From: Podarcis erhardii
Taxonomy: Eukaryota
NCBI GenBank assembly: GCA_964252035.1
Contig: OZ176200.1
Direction: 5' to 3' (one strand)
Length of the DNA stretch: 64,000 nt
Shown here: positions 61,101-64,000 of the stretch, piece after piece
How the letters are laid out: the number at the start of each line of letters is the position of its first letter
Position numbering within the stretch: position 1 is the first letter of the stretch
Made by a program: the position numbers and the translations under genes
The notes under the pieces: generated by a model
The model's database searches: none
Seen by the model: the letters and a program-made list of their open reading frames with translations, nothing else
What the model was told of the DNA's origin: nothing

Positions 61101-64000
61101 GCATACAATGAAAAAGGCAAAAGTGACCCTAGACCACTGGCAGTTCCTGTGATTGCCAAAGATCTGACCATTCAGCCAAATATCAAACTAATGTTCAATA
61201 CATACACTGTCCAAGCTGGAGAAGACCTTAAAGTAGAAATACCCTTTATAGCTCGACCAAAGCCTACTATCACATGGGAAAAAGATGGTCAGCCTCTAAG
61301 ACAGACAACCAGGTTACATGTTGAAGATACACCTACATCAACTACTTTGTATATTAAAGAAAGCAACAAGGATGATTTCGGTAAATATACTGTGACAGTA
61401 ACCAACACTGCAGGCACAGCAGCAGAACATCTTAATATAATTGTGCTAGAGAAGCCTGGCCCACCACAAGGACCTGTCCGCTTTGATGAAGTTAGCTCGA
61501 ATTTTGTTGTTCTGTCATGGGAACCACCAGCATACACAGGTGGCTGTCAAATATCCAATTACATTGTAGAGAAGCGTGACACTACTACCACTACCTGGCA
61601 GATGGTCTCAGCGACTGTTGCAAGAACAACTATTAAAGTAACAAACCTTAAAACGGGTAGTGAATATCAGTTTAGAATTAGTGCTGAAAACAGATACGGA
61701 AAGAGCACCGCACTGGATTCTAAGCCAGTTCTTGTTCAATATCCCTACAAAGAACCAGGTCCACCAGGAACACCATTTGTCAGCATTGCTACCAAAGATC
61801 ATATGATAGTACAATGGAATGAACCAGTTAATGATGGAGGAAGCAAAGTTCTTGGTTATCATCTAGAACGTAAAGATAAAAACAGCATTCTTTGGACAAA
61901 ATTGAATAAGGCCCTCATTCAGGACACAAAGTATAAATCAGATGGCCTTGAGGAAGGTCTTGAATATGAGTTCAGAGTTGCCGCTGAAAATATTGTTGGC
62001 ATAGGTAAGGTTAGCAAATCATCTGAACTGTATGTTGCTCGAGATGCTTGTGATCCACCTGGCCGTCCAGATGCCATTGTTATTACAAGAAATTATATAA
62101 CACTAAAATGGAAAAAACCTGAATATGATGGTGGCAGCAGAATAACTGGATATGTTGTGGAAAAGAGAGAACTTCCTGAAGGGCGTTGGATGAAAGCCAG
62201 TTTTACAAATGTAACAGAAACAGAGTTCACAGTAACTGGTCTTGTGGAAGACCAACGATATGAATTCAGAGTAATTGCAAGAAATGCAGCTGGTAGCATA
62301 AGTGAACCATCTGAAAGCACAGGACCAATTATTGCCAGAGATGAAATTGAAGCTCCAAGAGCTTCACTGGATCCAAAATACAAAGATGTCATTGTTGTTC
62401 ATGCTGGAGAAACATTTGCTCTTGAGGCTGACATCCATGGCAAACCCATTCCTGATATTATATGGTCGAAAGATGGAAAAGAATTTGAAGGAGCAACTGC
62501 AAGAATGGAAATTAAGTCTACCATTGAGAGAACAACCCTCACAGTCAAAGATTGCATCAGAGTGGATGGAGGCATTTATACACTTAAACTGAGCAATGTT
62601 GGTGGCACAAAGTCTATACCAATCACTGTAAAAGTACTTGACAGACCTGGGCCTCCAGAAGGTCCTTTGAAAGTTACAGGTGTGACTGCAGAAAAGTGTT
62701 ATCTGGCATGGGGACCACCTTTACACGATGGTGGCTCTAACATTTCACATTATATTATAGAAAAGAGAGAGACAAGTCGACTTTCATGGACACAAGTGGC
62801 ATCTGATGTGCAAGCTCTGAACCACAAAGTAACCAGGCTTCTTCCAAACAATGAGTACATTTTCCGTGTAATGGCTGTCAACAAATATGGAATTGGTGAA
62901 CCACTAGAATCCGAGCCTGTGTTGGCATGTAATCCATACAAACCTCCAGGCCCTCCTTCAATACCTGAAGTTTCTGCAATCACAAAAGATTCTATGATTG
63001 TAACCTGGGGTCGTCCAGAGGATAATGGTGGTGCTGAAATTGAAGGGTACATACTAGAAAAGCGAGACAAAGATGGTATTCGGTGGACCAAGTGCAATAA
63101 GAAGAGGCTAACAGACTTAAGACTCAGAGTAACTGGACTTACAGATGGCCATTTCTATGAATTTAGGGTTTCTGCTGAAAATGCTGCCGGTGTTGGTGAA
63201 CCTAGTGAACCATCAGTTTTCTATCGAGCCTGTGATGCAGTGTATCCACCAGGCCCTCCAAGCAATCCGAAGGTGACAGATACCTCCAGATCATCTGTGT
63301 CCCTTGCATGGAACAAGCCCATTTACGATGGTGGTGCACCTGTTAAAGGATACATTGTGGAATTTAAAGAAGCTACTGCTGATGAATGGACAACTTGCAC
63401 ACCTCCATCAGGTTTACAAGGAAAGCAATTCACAGTAGAAAAACTTAAAGAGAATAGTGAGTATAATTTCCGCATCTGTGCTATGAACTCTGAAGGAGTT
63501 GGAGAACCAGCAACTATACCTGGTAGTGTTGTTGCTGCTGAAAAAATTGAACCTCCTGAAATTGAACTTGATGCAGATCTCAGAAAAGTTGTGACCGTAC
63601 GTGCTAGTGGCACATTGCGATTGTTTGTCACTATCAAAGGGAGGCCAGAGCCAGAAGTAAAGTGGGAGAAAGCAGAAGGCACTCTGAGCGACAGAGCCCA
63701 GATTGAGGCTACCAGTTCATATACAATGTTGGTCATTGATAATGTAAACAGATTTGACAGTGGTAGATATAACCTGACCTTAGAAAACAATAGTGGCAAA
63801 AAATCTGCTTTTGTTAACGTGAGAGTGCTTGATACACCAAGTGCACCTGTGAACTTGAACATCAGAGAAGTGAAGAAAGATTCAGTGACATTAGCTTGGG
63901 AGCCCCCACTTATTGATGGTGGTGCTAAAATTACAAATTACATCATTGAAAAACGAGAAACCACAAGAAAGGCATATGCCACTATTACAAATAACTGTGC
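2855..64000 (+). CDS. TTN: Titin, multi-exon, partial at both ends (I/A junction to C-zone super-repeat 7)
   Basis: Tandem Ig and Fn3 domains (PGPP...W.PP..DGGS.I..Y.VEKR...W...Y.FRV.A.N..G) collinear with vertebrate titin as recalled. 73 exons splice with GT-AG boundaries into one open frame. Confidence 0.98.
3419..3548. mobile_element. Degenerate palindromic hAT-type MITE
   Basis: caggagtggggagaccatgtggccctc...gagggccacagggtctc inverted arms; same layout as the cleaner copy at 30611. Confidence 0.55.
4318..4478. mobile_element. hAT-type MITE with 8-bp TSD
   Basis: Ends CATAGGAGCCAAC / GTTGGCACCCCTG (10 of 13 inverted match); flanked by aatagcac (4310-4317) and aatagtac (4479-4486). Confidence 0.7.
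5512..5864 (-). mobile_element. Sauria (Squam1-type) tRNA-derived SINE
   Basis: Reverse strand reads GGGACGCAGGTGGCACTGTGGG..., B box GGTTCAAATCCC, and a BovB-like tail ...GGGGTCCCTTTACCTTTTA. Direct repeat cttagtatta at 5499-5508 and 5868-5877. Confidence 0.88.
7576..7984 (+). mobile_element. L2-clade LINE 3' fragment (copy a)
   Basis: Encodes [24 protein letters not shown]...[15 protein letters not shown] (frameshifted), then a 3'UTR and an (ATT)n tail. Confidence 0.8.
8703..8952. mobile_element. Tc1/mariner (Tigger-like) MITE, 250 bp
   Basis: TIRs CAGTCGTACCTTGGA / TCCAAGGTACAACTG; TA on both flanks (8701-8702, 8953-8954). Confidence 0.85.
9861..10115 (+). mobile_element. Squam3-type tRNA/CORE SINE with (CTT)n tail
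   Basis: A box TGGTGTAGTGG (9872-9882), B-box-like GGTTCGCGTCTCC (9916-9928), CORE-like GCTGGGTGACCTTGGGCTAGTCAC, tail CTCTTCTTCTTCTTC. Confidence 0.8.
10251..10624 (-). mobile_element. L2-clade LINE 3' fragment (copy b) with (TAA)16 tail; interrupted by a MITE
   Basis: Minus-strand ORF ...[28 protein letters not shown]...[19 protein letters not shown]; reverse complement closely resembles copy a; last bases (TATACTG) resume at 11217. Confidence 0.82.
10625..11216. mobile_element. Tc1/mariner (Tigger-like) non-autonomous element, 592 bp, GC-rich core
   Basis: TIRs CAGTGGTGCCTCGCAAGACGAA / TTCGTCTTACGGAGCACCACTG; TA at 10623-10624 and 11217-11218. Confidence 0.85.
11983..12013. repeat. Imperfect GATA/GACA microsatellite
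   Basis: agaaagatagaaagatagatacagacagacaga. Confidence 0.6.
12215..12522 (+). mobile_element. LINE-type 3'UTR fragment (L2-like tail, different subfamily)
   Basis: Ends ...ttagccaccctgagcccgg...gggcggggtataaataaaaaattattgttgttgttgtt, the same terminal architecture as copies a-d. Confidence 0.55.
13283..38265 (+). CDS. TTN: TTN D-zone exons: six 7-domain super-repeats (about A1-A42)
   Basis: Exons 13283-13561, 14396-14695, 14793-15095, 15197-15571, 15669-15971, 16956-17255, 17348-17644, 17737-18021, 18105-18398, 19114-19413, 19542-19850, 19936-20126, 21145-21574, 21893-22201, 22901-23049, 23141-23170, 23280-23409, 23525-23824, 24226-24543, 25080-25376, 25618-25917, 26624-26938, 27088-27236, 27687-27837, 27928-28209, 28832-29134, 29224-29526, 29632-29913, 31625-31924, 32046-32348, 32457-32765, 32849-33130, 34019-34318, 34474-34767, 34880-37840, 37945-38265. 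Total 12654 nt. Confidence 0.93.
13642..14182 (+). mobile_element. Solo LTR, 541 bp (Gypsy-like by inference)
   Basis: Termini TGTCAGG...CCTGACA (7-bp inverted repeat) with an exact 5-bp TSD CTTAG at 13637-13641 and 14183-14187. Orientation inferred from a TATA-like CATAAG near 14017 and the open U3 frame. Confidence 0.85.
16744..16850. repeat. Short degenerate palindromic interspersed repeat (MITE-like)
   Basis: ggctgcaatcctagacacatttacctgggagtaag...; start shared with the copy at 22735. Confidence 0.45.
18522..18550. repeat. (GT)6(GC)7 alternating purine-pyrimidine tract
   Basis: cgtgtgtgtgtgtgcgcgcgcgcgcgcat, 29 bp of unbroken alternation. Confidence 0.95.
20412..20717. repeat. Perfect 153-bp tandem duplication
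   Basis: 20412-20564 is identical to 20565-20717 by base-by-base reading. Confidence 0.95.
20483..21034 (-). mobile_element. Old CR1 LINE 3' fragment; its terminal part lies inside the tandem duplication
   Basis: tcataggatcaaacagttgga...ctagtcaaatcccttgctcagtgcagga, gtttctcctaatgttcaactgaa, and ttgttgccctcctttg resemble the reverse complement of the CR1 3' end as recalled. Confidence 0.65.
22470..22685 (+). mobile_element. Old L2-type 3' fragment
   Basis: agagagatccttctcagtggtggcacc...gcccacctgacaccaacattgtta (degenerate RAFSVVAP...AHLTPTLL), then a T-rich UTR. Confidence 0.55.
22735..22816. repeat. Second copy of the short MITE-like repeat seen at 16744
   Basis: ggctgcaagcctacccatttacctggaagaaag...ggacttactactgagta. 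Confidence 0.45.
23141..23170 (+). CDS. TTN: TTN 30-nt micro-exon ([10 protein letters not shown]) inside an Ig domain
   Basis: ttatttaaag|GATGGACATAACATACCTGAAGATGCTACG|gtaaaa; phase 0/0; matches recalled human DGVHDIPEDAQ between KKAMK and LETAENSS. Confidence 0.88.
30611..30746. mobile_element. hAT-type MITE, 136 bp, near-perfect hairpin
   Basis: CAGGCTTCCTCAAAC...GTTTGAGGAAGCCTG; exact 8-bp TSD ctctagca at 30603-30610 and 30747-30754. Confidence 0.9.
30818..31199 (-). mobile_element. Sauria (Squam1-type) SINE, more diverged copy
   Basis: (AAAGGT)n tail at left, GGGACACAGGTGGCACTGTGG head at right on the reverse strand, B box gattcgaac; collinear with the copy at 5512. Confidence 0.85.
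33712..33952. mobile_element. Tc1/mariner (Tigger-like) MITE, 241 bp
   Basis: 23-bp TIRs CAGTGGTACCTCGGTTTAAGAAC / GTTCTTAAACCGAGGTACCGCTG; TA flanks; shares internal ttccggaagt and cttccgg motifs with the 8703 element. Confidence 0.87.
34880..37840 (+). CDS. TTN: TTN 2961-nt exon encoding nine D-zone domains (Ig-Fn-Fn-Fn-Ig-Fn-Fn-Ig-Fn plus one further Fn, i.e. about ten domains)
   Basis: Acceptor tttcag|TGCCACC and donor CCAATAG|gtactg; corresponds to track ORF 34879..38061. Confidence 0.93.
38348..50151 (+). CDS. TTN: TTN C-zone super-repeats 1 and most of 2, in small exons
   Basis: Exons 38348-38632, 38789-39088, 40140-40442, 41424-41699, 41803-42102, 42191-42493, 42817-43116, 43237-43524, 43618-43914, 44005-44307, 44415-44720, 45498-45785, 45888-46178, 46287-46574, 47169-47759, 47845-47949, 48499-48696, 48787-49083, 49166-49753, 49849-50151. 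Total 6210 nt. Confidence 0.93.
39185..39350 (-). mobile_element. L2-clade 3' tail fragment (copy c)
   Basis: (TAAA/TAA)n tail, ataccctgcccatctggctgggttgccccggccactctgggc...ctgccttcagatg. Confidence 0.75.
39720..39983. mobile_element. Tc1/mariner-superfamily (pogo/Tc2-like) MITE, 264 bp
   Basis: Perfect 23-bp TIRs CCGTATTGGCCTGAATATAAGCC / GGCTTATATTCAGGCCAATACGG; TA at 39718-39719 and 39984-39985. Confidence 0.88.
40575..40800 (-). mobile_element. Possible ancient L2 remnant
   Basis: Reverse strand gives a degenerate [16 protein letters not shown] (compare AFSVAAP.LWNSLP) followed by an L2-like tail. Confidence 0.35.
41092..41234. mobile_element. Highly degenerate hAT-type MITE (family of 3419 and 30611)
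   Basis: cctccagacactgttgggctgcaactctcat...gttggaagttgcggtccagcaacatttggag inverted arms; TSD not recognisable. Confidence 0.45.
46770..47136 (-). mobile_element. L2-clade LINE 3' fragment (copy d) with an internal 56-bp deletion
   Basis: Minus [45 protein letters not shown]; (ATA)n tail; direct repeat acatacaat at 46764-46772 and 47135-47143. Confidence 0.82.
50257..64000 (+). CDS. TTN: TTN giant A-band exon, 3'-partial (likely equivalent of human exon 326)
   Basis: Acceptor ttatag|ATCCACCG at 50257. Codon register is unchanged at spot checks (51420, 54000, 57000, 60000, 63000, 63960), and the track lists no + strand ORF with a stop here. At least 13,744 nt. Confidence 0.95.

Larger units (their letters stand above)
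38348..64000 (+). repeat. Protein-level 11-domain super-repeat (Ig-Fn-Fn-Ig-Fn-Fn-Fn-Ig-Fn-Fn-Fn), six complete plus the start of a seventh
   Basis: Initiating Ig domains at 38348, 45498, 50562, 53814, 57060, 60303 and 63552; periods inside the giant exon are 3252, 3246, 3243 and 3249 nt. Confidence 0.9.

Noticed and set aside
50363-63862. Many minus-strand ORFs of 60-190 aa over the giant exon (also 35340-35867, 36888-37298, 49149-49559)
   Set aside because: Shadow frames of titin codons; the same pseudo-motifs ([16 protein letters not shown]) recur at the super-repeat period. No independent coding evidence. An antisense lncRNA like human TTN-AS1 cannot be judged from sequence alone.
1-64000. 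CRISPR arrays, rRNA, operons or prokaryotic defence systems
   Set aside because: None present; this is spliced vertebrate DNA, and the periodic repeats are protein domains or transposons.

Overview
Vertebrate genomic DNA, most likely a lacertid lizard (inferred from Sauria/Squam1-type and Squam3-type SINEs). The window is almost entirely the titin gene (TTN) on the + strand. I could splice 73 coding exons by hand (72 complete, all introns GT-AG, about 35.9 kb coding, about 11,960 codons, one continuous frame). They run from the I/A-band junction through six 7-domain D-zone super-repeats into the 11-domain C-zone super-repeats. The last exon (50257 to the window end) is the giant intronless A-band exon; the ORF track omits it because it has no stop in the window. 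Introns hold many transposons: an intact sense-oriented L1-clade ORF2 with poly(A) tail at the window start, a solo LTR with a 5-bp TSD, L2- and CR1-type 3' fragments, tRNA-derived SINEs, and Tc1/mariner and hAT MITEs. I found no clearly new biological system. The best leads are untested regulatory hypotheses: an inverted L2 pair around three exons that would give a 603-nt stop-free circle, the young L1 polyadenylation signal, three stop-containing candidate poison exons, the sense solo LTR, an internal promoter-like cluster and a 30-nt micro-exon. Human comparisons and domain numbers are from recalled sequence and literature, not from a search.
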